Source of the DNA: a virus
Direction: 5' to 3' (one strand)
Virus record (IMG/VR): IMGVR_UViG_3300045988_106278
Span: 1 to 64,000 of that record
Length of the DNA: 64,000 bases
A program made the translations under genes and the position numbers. The notes below the pieces were generated by a model that ran no database searches, was not told where the DNA came from, and worked only from the letters and a program-made list of their open reading frames with translations. Of this stretch, positions 1-9,469 are shown in pieces. The number at the start of each line of letters is the position of its first letter. Position 1 is the stretch's first letter.

Positions 1-9
1 CTTATGCGA

Positions 10-42
10 TCGTCGGCAGCGTCAGATGTGTATAAGAGACAG
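10..42. other. Residual Nextera transposase adapter (TCGTCGGCAGCGTCAGATGTGTATAAGAGACAG) at the contig end
   Basis: Exact 33-nt match to the Nextera read-1 adapter sequence; biological sequence starts at about 43. Confidence 0.9.
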
Positions 43-43
43 A

Positions 44-169
44 GCTATAGCAGCATCATGGTTAAATCCAAAATGGACTAAAAATTATTATAAGAATGGT
101 ATTGCAGGAGGCGCTGATGCTAATGGTACTAGTGTTGCAAAATATATAAATAAATTTAGAAATGCCTGA
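44..169 (+). CDS. Hypothetical protein, 3' fragment (5' end lost at the contig edge); ends with TGA
   Basis: Frame 2 is open from the adapter junction to TGA at 167-169. It overlaps the next ATG in the pattern ATGCCTGA. It has no in-frame TAG. Confidence 0.35.
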   Translation, partial: AIAASWLNPKWTKNYYKNGIAGGADANGTSVAKYINKFRNA

Positions 170-806
170 AATTTTTGAAGAATTAGATCGTCAAGCAGAT
201 AAATGGGAACCTACTGCGGCAGCTATATCTTTAGGTAGTTTAGGACTAGGTGCAGGTATAAGTACTACCGCTGTAGGTGCTCCTATAGGAGGAATTATTG
301 CTGGAGTAGGCTAGTTACCTTCTTTAGTTATAGATGGGTATCAAGCTGGTAGAGGATGGTACAAGACTTTTAAAGAATCCCCAAGTAATTTTGGAAATGC
401 CGTATGGAATACTTTGGAAACTGGGGCAGATATATTAGGAGCTAAATTTGCATCAGCTTTAGCTAAGGGAGGTTCTAATTTTCTTAGATCTAGCGTATAC
501 AAACCTGGTTATTACCCTAAACATCATTCTCCAAGAGTTAATGCTATGCGAAAGAGACAAGTCGACGTAATATTAAATTAGCAGAAAAAAGAAGCTACTG
601 AAAAATTGGCTAAAAGAGGAGTTCGATCAAGTCAAGGTTCATACTTTACATCTAAATTAAACTAGGAATTAAATAAACCTTATTTAGAGTAGGTAGCTAA
701 AAGAAATGCTACAATAACAAACGATGTTACTAAATTAAGTCCTAAAATATAGTTACCTATTTAGATTATACCTAATATTATTGATATACATGCCAGAAAT
801 AAATAA
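162..806 (+). CDS. Glycine-zipper-rich hypothetical protein; contains about 6 in-frame TAG codons (amber-recoded), stop TAA
   Basis: The frame is continuous from ATG 162 to TAA 804-806 only if TAG is read as sense. It encodes ...AAISLGSLGLGAGISTTAVGAPIGGIIAGVG(TAG)LPSLVIDGYQAGRGWYK.... It is not in the standard ORF track because of the TAGs. Confidence 0.6.
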
Positions 807-832
807 TATTTATAAATTTAATAAAAATAATA

Positions 833-952
833 ATGGATACATATACTTTAACAGAAAAGATTGAGGAACTACAAAGATTTTTAGATTTTGTAAATGAAAG
901 AGATAAATAGTTATGGAATAAATATTTAAAGAAATATGAAACAGGTGATTAA
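833..952 (+). CDS. Small hypothetical protein (39 aa) with one in-frame TAG
   Basis: ATG 833 to TAA 950-952 in frame 2, reading MDTYTLTEKIEELQRFLDFVNERDK(TAG)LWNKYLKKYETGD. Confidence 0.3.
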
Positions 953-1047
953 AACTGGAAAGGATTACTATGGAAAATAGAACACCCAGTAGAAATAGTA
1001 TATTCCGAAATTACTCTATATTCTTTATTAAAACTATGTAAGAAGAT

Positions 1048-1263
1048 ATGAAATAGTTTTTAATTAAATTAATAACAGCACATACTGGAATAAGTAGTAA
1101 AAGAGTATGTGGAATATTAGGATGGATAGTAAGTTTAATTATTCTAATATACTGTTCTATTAGTTAGATACAAGCTCCTGATATGATAGATACAGTTTTA
1201 TATTGTTGTATGGGATTACTAGGAATTGATAGTATAACTAGTATATGGAAAAATAAAGTATAA
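1048..1263 (+). CDS. Holin-like small membrane protein (71 aa) with two in-frame TAG codons
   Basis: MK(TAG)FLIKLITAHTGISSKRVCGILGWIVSLIILIYCSIS(TAG)IQAPDMIDTVLYCCMGLLGIDSITSIWKNKV. It has two hydrophobic helices and a charged C-terminus, and ends at TAA 1261-1263. Confidence 0.55.
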
Positions 1264-1265
1264 AT

Positions 1266-2381
1266 ATGCCAATAGTAGATGAAAGTAAACAAAATAAAGG
1301 AGTAAATAATAATACTCGGAATAAATAGATGGCTATAGATATGGAATATTATAATAGACTAAATCATCTTAGATTTAAATCTCCATATCTTGGTGCTAAA
1401 TATTAGTAGAGAGTTATTCCAGTTAGAACTTTAAATGGGGTACAAGATGTATTTGTAGATAATAGAGGGACTATAAAATAGGGAGGACATACTCATTCTA
1501 AATTATATAATTATAGTAATAAGAATAGAACCCATCCTATAAAAGGAGCTTATGCTAGAGAAGTAGATAGTTGGAATAATAATACTAGTCCTATTAAAGC
1601 ATTAGTTAATTCAGGAATAGGTTATGCTTTAGCTCCAGCAGCTTAGGCAGTATATGATTATACTAAAGGAGCTTTAGATATATCTAAGAATCCGACTAAA
1701 GCTAGTAATTATTTAGTAATGCTTCCTGTAATGGGATATGCTGTAAAAGCTCCTTTAAAACGTGGAGTAGAAGTAGCTATGAGAACTTCTAATAATGCTA
1801 ATCCTATAGAAGACATAGTATATAATATGCATAAAGCAAGTCCTAAAAAGCATGCTGGAGTATTGTCTTATATATCAACTGGTGTGGGTTACAATACCTA
1901 TGCTCCTGAAGCATATACTGGATTTTAGAAAGCAGCTAAAGGTAATGATATGATTGATGCTTATTTATATAATCCTTCTTATGGAGTAAAGAAAATAAAT
2001 GTAGATTATGGTCCACATGAGAATTATATAAGAAAGATATATCCATATAAAGATATTCCTGTATATGAAAATACTGAAACTTTAGATTTCTTTACTAAGA
2101 AACCTATGTAGAAAGCTTCTAATATAACTAATAAAACTCCTTGGAAAGGTGCTAATAATAATCTAGACTTTGGAGATACTGCTGGACATTTAGTTTAGGA
2201 AGGAACATCTAATGGTAAGAAAGTATATAGAGCACAAGATATTTGGAAGTTTAATCCTGATGAATATAAGTAGAAATGGAGTTCATATGATTTAGACAGT
2301 AAAGCTGTATTAGGATTAAAAATATTAGATAAGTTAGGAACTCCAGTAATAATAATAAGAACACCATGGCTATATAGGTAA
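1266..2381 (+). CDS. Hypothetical late protein (about 371 aa) with about 10 in-frame TAG codons
   Basis: Frame 0 is continuous from ATG 1266 to TAA 2379-2381 only with TAG as sense. The ORF-track fragment 1719..1928 is one inter-TAG piece of it. Confidence 0.6.
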
Positions 2382-3502
2382 TTACTGACAATGATTCAAT
2401 ATATGATTATTGGTATGAAGATGGGTATTTGTATGGTAGAAGAAAATCAAATAAAATCCCTTTTAGAATTAATTCTGATAAAGCTAATAAAATAATATAT
2501 CCATAGGTTTAGGCTAAAGGAGTAGATCCTGCTAAACCAACATCTACCTTAGTATACCATCCTGCAAAATATGAAGAAATGCCCACTGCTAAAAAAATAT
2601 CTATTCCTAAATAGGAAGAAGGAACAATATGGGAACGTGGTAAATAGTTGATTAATTTAGTAGGAAATGGATTAAGTAGAAAACTATAGTTATTTTTTGA
2701 TTCAGAACCTGAGCATACTAGTAAAAGAATTAAAATTTCTAATAAAAAAGTAACTAAAAATAAGAGGAGAGAAAATTTAGAAATAGAAATATCTCCAAAT
2801 AGTTATACTATAAATGATACTACTAAAATAAACTCTAGAAGATATCGTATACCAGAATCCATAAATTTAACAAAGCATACTTTTGGTTATAGAAATAGAG
2901 GTGATTATACTCCTATAAATAGTGTAGCAGCTCCTATTACTGCTTTTTCTAATTTCAAATCTAAAGAAAGCATATCTCCTAATAATTAGAATTATATAGG
3001 TATAGATTCTATTGGTAAATTTGTTTTTGGTAAATATTCAGATATTCCTAATGGAAGTATGATTTCTCCAACATTTAAAAATACAGTTACTGGTTTCAAA
3101 ACAGATTCTAAAGATAATGTATTATTCATGGAAAGTAATTCTAATGGTTCTAGAAAAAGTCCTATATTAAATGCCATAGTAAATGGTAAATCAGTAAATA
3201 ACAGACTAAATTTCTTAGCTAATAATAATAGAACTGATGAATATGGTTCTATAGCTGGAGGAAGAATAATTATATAGGCGGGTAAAGAAGTTCGTTTAGT
3301 TTCCGGAAGTATAGATAATATTAGAGATGAGATAGAAGCTATGAAATCTAGAAACAATGTTAAAACAGTAGATTTATATACTTTAGATAATGGTACTTAT
3401 CATTCAGGATTAAGAACTTTTGATAAAATATTTACTAGAGATGACTTACTAAAATATGATGCTCAAAATACGGGCGGAGGAAATTTTTTATATATAAAAT
3501 AA
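2366..3502 (+). CDS. Hypothetical late protein (about 378 aa) with about 9 in-frame TAG codons
   Basis: Frame 2 runs from ATG 2366, which overlaps the previous gene's end, to TAA 3500-3502. ORF-track fragment 3059..3277 lies inside it. Confidence 0.55.
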
Positions 3503-3513
3503 TTAAAACCACA

Positions 3514-3556
3514 ATAGCCGAAGTTTCTCAAATGAGAAGCCTCGGCTATTTTTTTA
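3514..3556 (+). terminator. Rho-independent terminator
   Basis: GC stem tagccgaag ... cctcggcta followed by TTTTTTT, immediately after the late-gene block. Confidence 0.7.
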
Positions 3557-3744
3557 AATTAATAAATATCCATCCCCAAATATTTATTAATAAGTAACAG
3601 ATAATTCATTTAACTTATCACAAAAATCAAGAGTTAATTGATTATCTTGTAAATCATTATCTCCTATAGTATCAATAATCTACTGTACTTCATTAAGTAC
3701 TTTGTTCATTTTAGACTTTAAGTCTTTTAATTCTTTGTTAGTCA

Positions 3745-4026
3745 TTAATCAATTTTTATATAACCATTAACATCTAGATTATCATATATAGAAGTCATTG
3801 TATATCCTGTAATTGGATTTCTATAATGATATTTTTTAATTTCAATATCTTCTTCTGAATTAGAATTTATATTTTGGTTGTCTTTAATCCATTGGTCTAA
3901 ATCAGCTTCTGTTCCATTCTCTAATTGAAATAGAATCTTAGGTTCTGATTTTAATCGTTTTAATTTTTTAGTAAGATTAGTTGTTTTTAAAATCTTACCA
4001 TTTAATTCATAAATTGCTGCTATCAT
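3745..4026 (-). CDS. Hypothetical protein (93 aa)
   Basis: ORF track. It is the downstream member of the minus-strand cassette that holds the suppressor tRNA. Confidence 0.5.
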   Translation of the reverse strand: MIAAIYELNGKILKTTNLTKKLKRLKSEPKILFQLENGTEADLDQWIKDNQNINSNSEEDIEIKKYHYRNPITGYTMTSIYDNLDVNGYIKID

Positions 4027-4101
4027 TTGAAGATTATGTTTTTAAAGTAGAATTAGCGTTATCCGAATAGCACCACGTGGAGGTTTCTACTTACGCTATT
4101 C

Positions 4102-4173
4102 TTCTCCCACAAGGATTCGAACCCTGGCTAAAAGATTTAGAGTCTTCTGTGCTAACCATTACACCATAGGAGA
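4102..4173 (-). tRNA. Amber suppressor tRNA, anticodon CUA (reads UAG); probably Gln identity
   Basis: Hand fold: acceptor TCTCCTA/TGGGAGA with one G-U pair. Anticodon stem is GAAGA/TCTTT with loop CTCTAAA (U33, CTA, A37). T arm is CAGGG-TTCGAAT-CCTTG; length 72 nt. U1-A72 and a D arm almost identical to the co-encoded tRNA-Gln(TTG) suggest Gln identity. Confidence 0.8.
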
Positions 4174-4182
4174 GTATTATCT

Positions 4183-4395
4183 TTATAGATAACTACTAAC
4201 ACTAAAAGGATTTTCAGTAGAAGTAGTTTTAATACTATTAGTGTCTACTGTAATAAACCCATTATGTGGTATATCTTTTAAAACCATATTATCTATAGTT
4301 AATTTAGGTCCATTAATAATATTTACTAGTTCTATTAATTGAGATACTGTAAGATTAGGAACTATCTTATTAATTTTTTGTAATGTTTCTATCAT
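4183..4395 (-). CDS. Hypothetical protein (70 aa)
   Basis: ORF track. It is immediately upstream of the suppressor tRNA in transcription order on the minus strand. Confidence 0.45.
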   Translation of the reverse strand: MIETLQKINKIVPNLTVSQLIELVNIINGPKLTIDNMVLKDIPHNGFITVDTNSIKTTSTENPFSVSSYL

Positions 4396-4579
4396 TTAAA
4401 AAATCCACTATGTGTTTAAATTCTTGTTTATATTTTTTATATTTAGAATTATCTAAATTAGAAGAAAAATCTTCTAAAGATATATCTGAGATAATTCCAA
4501 ATATTAGACAAGCATTGTTAAATGTTTCATCATCTAATTTACTACAATATTCTTCAAATTCATCTACCTTTTTAGTCAT
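4370..4579 (-). CDS. Hypothetical protein (69 aa)
   Basis: ORF track. It is the first gene of the minus-strand cassette. Confidence 0.45.
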   Translation of the reverse strand: MTKKVDEFEEYCSKLDDETFNNACLIFGIISDISLEDFSSNLDNSKYKKYKQEFKHIVDFLNDRNITKN

Positions 4580-4972
4580 GGTTATATGAATTACATTATC
4601 AATAACCTATAAATTTATATTATACTAATCAGGAAGGTCTTTAATACTTTGTATTAGTTGTTCTTTATTCATTTAATATTTCTTTTTGATTACACGAGTA
4701 ATATAGTCGAGGGAGGGAATATTAAAAGTTAATTTTTGTAAAAGTTAATATTTTAAGAAATTAAAATAAAAATTTTAAAATTTTTTTAGAGAAGATTTTA
4801 TATAGCCCCCTGGGGTTTAAAAAATAGGAATTTTTGTAAGTAAGTAGGATGAGGTTAAAATTTAAAAATTAATTTTTATTATGTGGGAGGGAGTAGACTA
4901 CCTCCTTAGTCCCCCCACCATATTTAGTCAAAAAACAAAACAAAAAATTAATAACAATTAAACATTAAGATT

Positions 4973-5443
4973 ATGAAAGGTACAAACAATGAAATCAGTC
5001 TCAGCCTTTTAGGCTTGGAGAAAATGTACAAGGCTGACTTAGGTGAAGCCTTAGTAGAAAACACTGAATTTGCTGTCAGTTTCCCTTACAGTGTAGAGCT
5101 CACGACACGTCAGATGTCCCGTGAACTCACTGCTGATGAGCAGCTCTTGCAACGCACTCATCAGTTAGGAATAGAGTTGACATCTGACGGGCGTGTTCCA
5201 AATGGCGAAGCTCCAATCTTAGTGGGGGTAGGTTTCACTAAGGACAATGACGGCAACATAGTCTTCGGCGGCGGTAACCACGTAATGATTGCCGGCAACT
5301 TTGCAACAGTTTTCGCCGGTAAGACTTGCAAAGAGTGCGCGGAGGCTTATGATAAAGCCGTTAAGGACAACAAGAAAGTAGTAATGAAAGCTACTAGGTC
5401 CGCTAGGGGTAAGATTTGGTCGGAGTTTAGTATCAAGAAGTAA
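4973..5443 (+). CDS. Hypothetical protein (156 aa); GC-rich codon usage atypical for this genome
   Basis: ORF track. Its GC content is far higher than its neighbours. A GC-rich hairpin lies upstream and a strong terminator downstream. Confidence 0.6.
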   Translation: MKGTNNEISLSLLGLEKMYKADLGEALVENTEFAVSFPYSVELTTRQMSRELTADEQLLQRTHQLGIELTSDGRVPNGEAPILVGVGFTKDNDGNIVFGGGNHVMIAGNFATVFAGKTCKECAEAYDKAVKDNKKVVMKATRSARGKIWSEFSIKK

Positions 5444-5445
5444 TT

Positions 5446-5471
5446 AAAGGGGACTTTGTCCCCTTTTTTTA
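5446..5471 (+). terminator. Rho-independent terminator
   Basis: aaaggggac tttg tcccctttttttt. Confidence 0.8.
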
Positions 5472-5502
5472 CTGTTTCTATTTATTTTTTTGTAGTGTTT
5501 GT

Positions 5503-5745
5503 ATGTTTAAGACATTTTATGGATTAGCATTTAAACATTATTTCCTTAACTCTGAAACATTAGAACTTTATCGTAATAAATATATTTCAAATATTGTTTA
5601 TGGTTGGTTTTTAATTGTCTCGGTTGATGGAGGAGCTACATGGGAAGAAGTGAAACATGTTAGTAGTGGAATCTTGGAAATAAGATATAAAAACTATCTT
5701 ATTGGATTAATTTCCGATGTTGAGGAATCTAAAGAGATAAAATAG
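5503..5745 (+). CDS. Hypothetical protein (80 aa)
   Basis: ORF track. Confidence 0.35.
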   Translation: MFKTFYGLAFKHYFLNSETLELYRNKYISNIVYGWFLIVSVDGGATWEEVKHVSSGILEIRYKNYLIGLISDVEESKEIK

Positions 5746-6321
5746 GAAGCATACACGACTCCCCAAAACTCAATCCCCAATTTCCAACAAATCTCAAATA
5801 TTCACTACAAATTCATATCTAAAATCACTTTTAAACCATATTACAAATTCAATATTTATCACAAAATACAGCACTTTATTATTTTATTTTAAATATTGAG
5901 TTAAACTAAAATCAAAACAACACAAATAAAAATAAACAAATGTTTTGTTTAATGACTTTTAAGGTTGAAATCCCTGTCTAAAGTTTACTTTAGACGAAAT
6001 CCTATAACGCAAAGCATACCTCAACGTGGTTTATAGGTCTTAAAACTAAAGTGCTTAATCCTCGCGATAGTATAAGGTAAATCGTATAAAGTTATGCAGT
6101 ATTTTTATATTGTAGTATACACACTGGTAAAATTACATTCTATAAACAACTTAAATCTTATGCAACTGAAGTAGAGCATAGTTTAAAAGTTGCAAAAGAA
6201 GGTTTTGATTGGGACGCGTTTGAAGCAAATCGAGGGGCTGATATGGATATTGATAACCACCTGAGCAAGTGTATAAACTGCTCTTAACTAGATTATTTAC
6301 TCTTTAACAAATAACAATAAA

Positions 6322-6564
6322 ATGAAAAAGAATATCTTTGTAATCTCTACTATTTTTTTAGGGATAGTAGTTGTAGCATTGTTATTTACAATAGCTACTC
6401 TTCAGTCAGAAAACTCTGACTTACGTAATGTAGTACGTAACCAAGCTAATCAAATTAGCGAAGCCGATAGATACTACAACAATGTTGTAATGTATGCTGA
6501 TGATCCTGTGTATAAAGCATTGGATAGAAGTAATACAAAAATCCAAGTAAATATGAATAAATAA
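6322..6564 (+). CDS. Hypothetical membrane-anchored protein (80 aa)
   Basis: ORF track. N-terminal hydrophobic helix ISTIFLGIVVVALLFTIATL. Confidence 0.5.
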   Translation: MKKNIFVISTIFLGIVVVALLFTIATLQSENSDLRNVVRNQANQISEADRYYNNVVMYADDPVYKALDRSNTKIQVNMNK

Positions 6565-6565
6565 T

Positions 6566-6865
6566 ATGTTAACAGGTCGATCAAGTCTCTTGCAGGTACA
6601 TCAATTGTATCTGCGAGAGATAAAAACTAAAGAACACTTACATTGGCGTAAACAAGTTATTAAAACACATAACATAGCTGTAGCCAATCGTAAATCTCAT
6701 AATTATGCAGTCCAACTCTTGGTAAAAGCTACTAATATTCCATATTCAGTAGAATTAGCTAAGTTGATGAATCTTATAATTAATGGGAAATTTACCCAAC
6801 GAAAAATGTATTATGTATCTATTGATACTGCGATATTTAAACTTATAAACAATTTAACTATTTAA
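6566..6865 (+). CDS. Hypothetical protein (99 aa)
   Basis: ORF track. Tightly packed with its neighbours. Confidence 0.45.
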   Translation: MLTGRSSLLQVHQLYLREIKTKEHLHWRKQVIKTHNIAVANRKSHNYAVQLLVKATNIPYSVELAKLMNLIINGKFTQRKMYYVSIDTAIFKLINNLTI

Positions 6866-6870
6866 ATAAA

Positions 6871-7335
6871 ATGAAGAAATATAACATTTGGAATAAAATT
6901 TTCCATAAAAGGGAATTAAACAAGAATGTTGCGGATTATAAACTTCAACAAGGTCTTGTTAATAGTTATGAGTGTTGGCTTACTAAAATTGGTAATGCCA
7001 ATACTCTATCTGAGTGTATGATACTCCATAAAAGAATTTGGCGTAAAGGGTTTCGTAATGCTAACCTTGGTCCAGATAAATATGGAATGTTTAGAACTAA
7101 AGATATAAACCTTATGACAATAAATGAGGTTTATATTGGAGGAATCTATGGTCTTAATACTTTAACCATTGCACAATGGGAAGATCGTAAAGAAGAACCA
7201 TATGATTCTACACAGACATGCTATGACATTGTCTCATGTGCGTATAAAAGATTGTTAAAATCTAACATTATAGCACTTGCAGATAATGCTAAGTTATTAG
7301 TAGCAGAATACCAACAAAATAATTATAAGTTATGA
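6871..7335 (+). CDS. Hypothetical protein (154 aa)
   Basis: ORF track. Confidence 0.5.
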   Translation: MKKYNIWNKIFHKRELNKNVADYKLQQGLVNSYECWLTKIGNANTLSECMILHKRIWRKGFRNANLGPDKYGMFRTKDINLMTINEVYIGGIYGLNTLTIAQWEDRKEEPYDSTQTCYDIVSCAYKRLLKSNIIALADNAKLLVAEYQQNNYKL

Positions 7336-7417
7336 TATTCTTACAAAATATTATTTTAATTATTCTACTTATAGGAATGAGTAAAATAGCATACGATGAT
7401 TTTAAAGAAATGAATTT

Positions 7418-7855
7418 ATGATAAATGTATTTCAAAATGAGAAGGAATATACAATTTCTGTGACTAAAAAAGTAAATTTCTCTGAAACTCCATCAAAAAG
7501 AGATTTCAAGAAGTTTGCAGAAGAAGTATTTGAGGCTTATACTAATATTATAGTAGAAGCTCGAATGAATGCTTGTGTTAATGGTCTTATTAAGCATTCA
7601 GATAATGTAAAGTATTGTGATAGTAAATATAACACTAGAAAATCTGGTGGAGAACATACTTTCTCTTATAATGCTTATGATACTATGCAAAGACTAGTTA
7701 AAAAAATTCAGCAATATAAGTTGGGTGAATTAACTAAGTCTGAACTCAAACAGATTGCTAAAGCTCTTTATTGGGTTGAAGATAAATCAGATATTGGAAA
7801 ATATACATTCCAGGACTTAATTGATGTAATCGATGAATACAGAGAAATTAAATAA
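7418..7855 (+). CDS. Hypothetical protein (145 aa)
   Basis: ORF track. Confidence 0.5.
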   Translation: MINVFQNEKEYTISVTKKVNFSETPSKRDFKKFAEEVFEAYTNIIVEARMNACVNGLIKHSDNVKYCDSKYNTRKSGGEHTFSYNAYDTMQRLVKKIQQYKLGELTKSELKQIAKALYWVEDKSDIGKYTFQDLIDVIDEYREIK

Positions 7856-8207
7856 AAAAATTGTATCAGGTTGTGAGAGTCTTGCCGGTAAAGCTCTCAC
7901 AATAGATCATGATGCTAGAACTTATCATATTGGTGATAGAGTAATTCCATTTTCTTCTTGTGTTATTAAAGAAGGTAAAATTTATTACTTGACACCAATG
8001 TGTAAGGTTCTTGTTGATATGGGTTTTAAAGGCGTAGCAGATTTTACCTCTAATACAGTTATTTGTACTAGTTTTGATAATTGTAATCGCAATATTAAAA
8101 CTGTAGGACTTGTAACTATCGACGACAGAGTCTTTATTAAGATTACTCTTAATTCAGAATTTCCAATGTATGGAGGTTACGAATCTTTAAGAAGTGAAGT
8201 TTATTAA
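7833..8207 (+). CDS. Hypothetical protein (124 aa)
   Basis: ORF track. It overlaps the upstream gene's end. Confidence 0.45.
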   Translation: MNTEKLNKKIVSGCESLAGKALTIDHDARTYHIGDRVIPFSSCVIKEGKIYYLTPMCKVLVDMGFKGVADFTSNTVICTSFDNCNRNIKTVGLVTIDDRVFIKITLNSEFPMYGGYESLRSEVY

Positions 8208-8338
8208 TCTGCACTCTAGTACTATAGAGTATAATGAATAGTTGACATCTTGGAAAGAAAATTGGTTAATCATAAGACAAGACTTATGTATTTTTAAAAT
8301 AAAATAGTTATCAACAATATACAGTTTAGATTATTTTC

Positions 8339-8372
8339 GCTAGTTCGGTCTGTGATAGATAGGGCTAGTTAC
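8339..8372 (+). repeat. Hairpin with conserved loop motif TCGGTCTGTGATAGATAGGGCT (copy 1 of the motif family)
   Basis: A 25-nt core identical to the copy at 8424-8454. Flanking arms gctag/ctag are self-complementary. Confidence 0.6.
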
Positions 8373-8423
8373 TTTAGTAATCTATTATGTTCATAAACAC
8401 AATAGATTACAAAGACAAATATT

Positions 8424-8454
8424 AGAGTTCGGTCTGTGATAGATAGGGCTCTAG
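8424..8454 (+). repeat. Hairpin with conserved loop motif (copy 2); stem tagag/ctcta differs from copy 1
   Basis: Same 25-nt core as copy 1, with a different but still complementary stem, 85 nt downstream of it. Confidence 0.6.
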
Positions 8455-8544
8455 TGTAAACCTACATCCTGCATATCCAAAGTAGCAGACTCTTAATGAG
8501 AAAGGTGATGGCACATTATTAATAATTAAATATTTAAAAAAAAA

Positions 8545-8712
8545 TGGAGACAAAAGACATTATTAAGATTACAGCATTAGTCTTTTCTAAAAAGAAAACT
8601 ATTGCACAAGTAAGTAAGGAGTACAAAGCTATTCATGGTAAAGAACTTCCAATCAAAAGTGACTTAGAAACATTACAAGCACAATTATCTTTGGGAGGAA
8701 TTTATCAATGGT
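8545..8712 (+). CDS. Small hypothetical protein (55 aa)
   Basis: ATG to TGA, reading METKDIIKITALVFSKKKTIAQVSKEYKAIHGKELPIKSDLETLQAQLSLGGIYQW. It is below the ORF-track size cutoff. Confidence 0.3.
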
Positions 8713-9067
8713 GACAATGAATCACAATACTCTGGGAGAATTAGTAATAATGCTCTCAGCACAGATTGATGCAGAGTACAATATTTCTAAGACTACACAT
8801 GCTAACTATGCTAATGCTTTCAATAAGAAGTATCAATATCTTAATAATACATTAAGAATTATTTCTGGAGAAAGTATAAAGGGGGGAACATTTGCAGCAT
8901 ATATTAGAAATCCTTTGTTAGTATTATCGGGACTAATTATGGATAAGTACAAGAAAATATTATTTACAGATATAAAAGGTAACACTTTTGTTGTAAATAA
9001 TGTTAAATGGCTTTACCAATATATGAGTTCTAAAAACATTAATACAGAACCAAGAATATATGAATAA
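8708..9067 (+). CDS. Hypothetical protein (119 aa)
   Basis: ORF track. Confidence 0.5.
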   Translation: MVTMNHNTLGELVIMLSAQIDAEYNISKTTHANYANAFNKKYQYLNNTLRIISGESIKGGTFAAYIRNPLLVLSGLIMDKYKKILFTDIKGNTFVVNNVKWLYQYMSSKNINTEPRIYE

Positions 9068-9458
9068 AGGTTTGCTAGTAATTGTTATACTTGCTTTTAT
9101 TCTATGTGTGATTTGGATTATTGCCAATCATAATAAAGTAATAAAACAAGTAAAACTTAATCAGCTAAGAGATATAAGAAGCAATATAAACAATGCTTTA
9201 AGTCTCTACGATTGTTTGTATATACATATTAATATGTATAATAAAGGATTTACTGGAAGTAAATCTTTAACCTCTGATGAAATAGTATTTCTATCAGATA
9301 ACTTATCATCTAAAACTGTAATGTTCAAAGAGGGAACTTTAGAATATATCGAAGGTCATTATGAAGCTGACTCTGAAACTTATAAAACAGCATTAGCTAC
9401 ATATAAATCTAGATTAATTTCTGAAGTTAATCTTGAACTAGATAGATATAACTATTAA
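9060..9458 (+). CDS. Hypothetical membrane protein (132 aa)
   Basis: ORF track. N-terminal TM helix LLVIVILAFILCVIWIIA. Confidence 0.5.
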   Translation: MNKGLLVIVILAFILCVIWIIANHNKVIKQVKLNQLRDIRSNINNALSLYDCLYIHINMYNKGFTGSKSLTSDEIVFLSDNLSSKTVMFKEGTLEYIEGHYEADSETYKTALATYKSRLISEVNLELDRYNY

Positions 9459-9469
9459 TTTTAAAAATT

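Noticed and set aside
44-169. TGA might also be reassigned (code 4/25-like).
   Set aside because: The first partial gene and the HNH gene both end at TGA with the next gene's ATG overlapping. No long frame requires TGA readthrough.
2992-3357. Minus-strand ORF (121 aa) antisense to the recoded late gene. Also the other antisense or embedded ORFs in the track (11537..11731, 17827..18106, 26415..26894 minus, 27453..28062 minus, 36536..37207 minus, 42651..42860, 43489..43842, 47043..47600 minus, 52219..52891 minus, 53306..53557, 54078..54323, 62690..62905).
   Set aside because: They lie entirely inside better-supported + strand genes on the opposite strand. This genome is almost exclusively + strand coding. 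They show low-complexity or hydrophobic composition typical of spurious antisense frames in AT-rich DNA.
162-3502. The in-frame stops in the first 3.5 kb could mean pseudogenes or poor assembly quality.
   Set aside because: Every in-frame stop is TAG. The frames are otherwise long and gene-like, with ATG starts overlapping upstream stops. All of the genes terminate at TAA or TGA. A CUA-anticodon tRNA lies 600 nt away.
8339-8454. Two identical 25-nt repeats 85 nt apart could be a phage mini-CRISPR array.
   Set aside because: There are only two copies. The repeat is shorter than typical CRISPR repeats. Three further degenerate copies elsewhere are each embedded in co-varying hairpins next to tRNAs. 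This fits a regulatory or processing hairpin family better than a CRISPR array.
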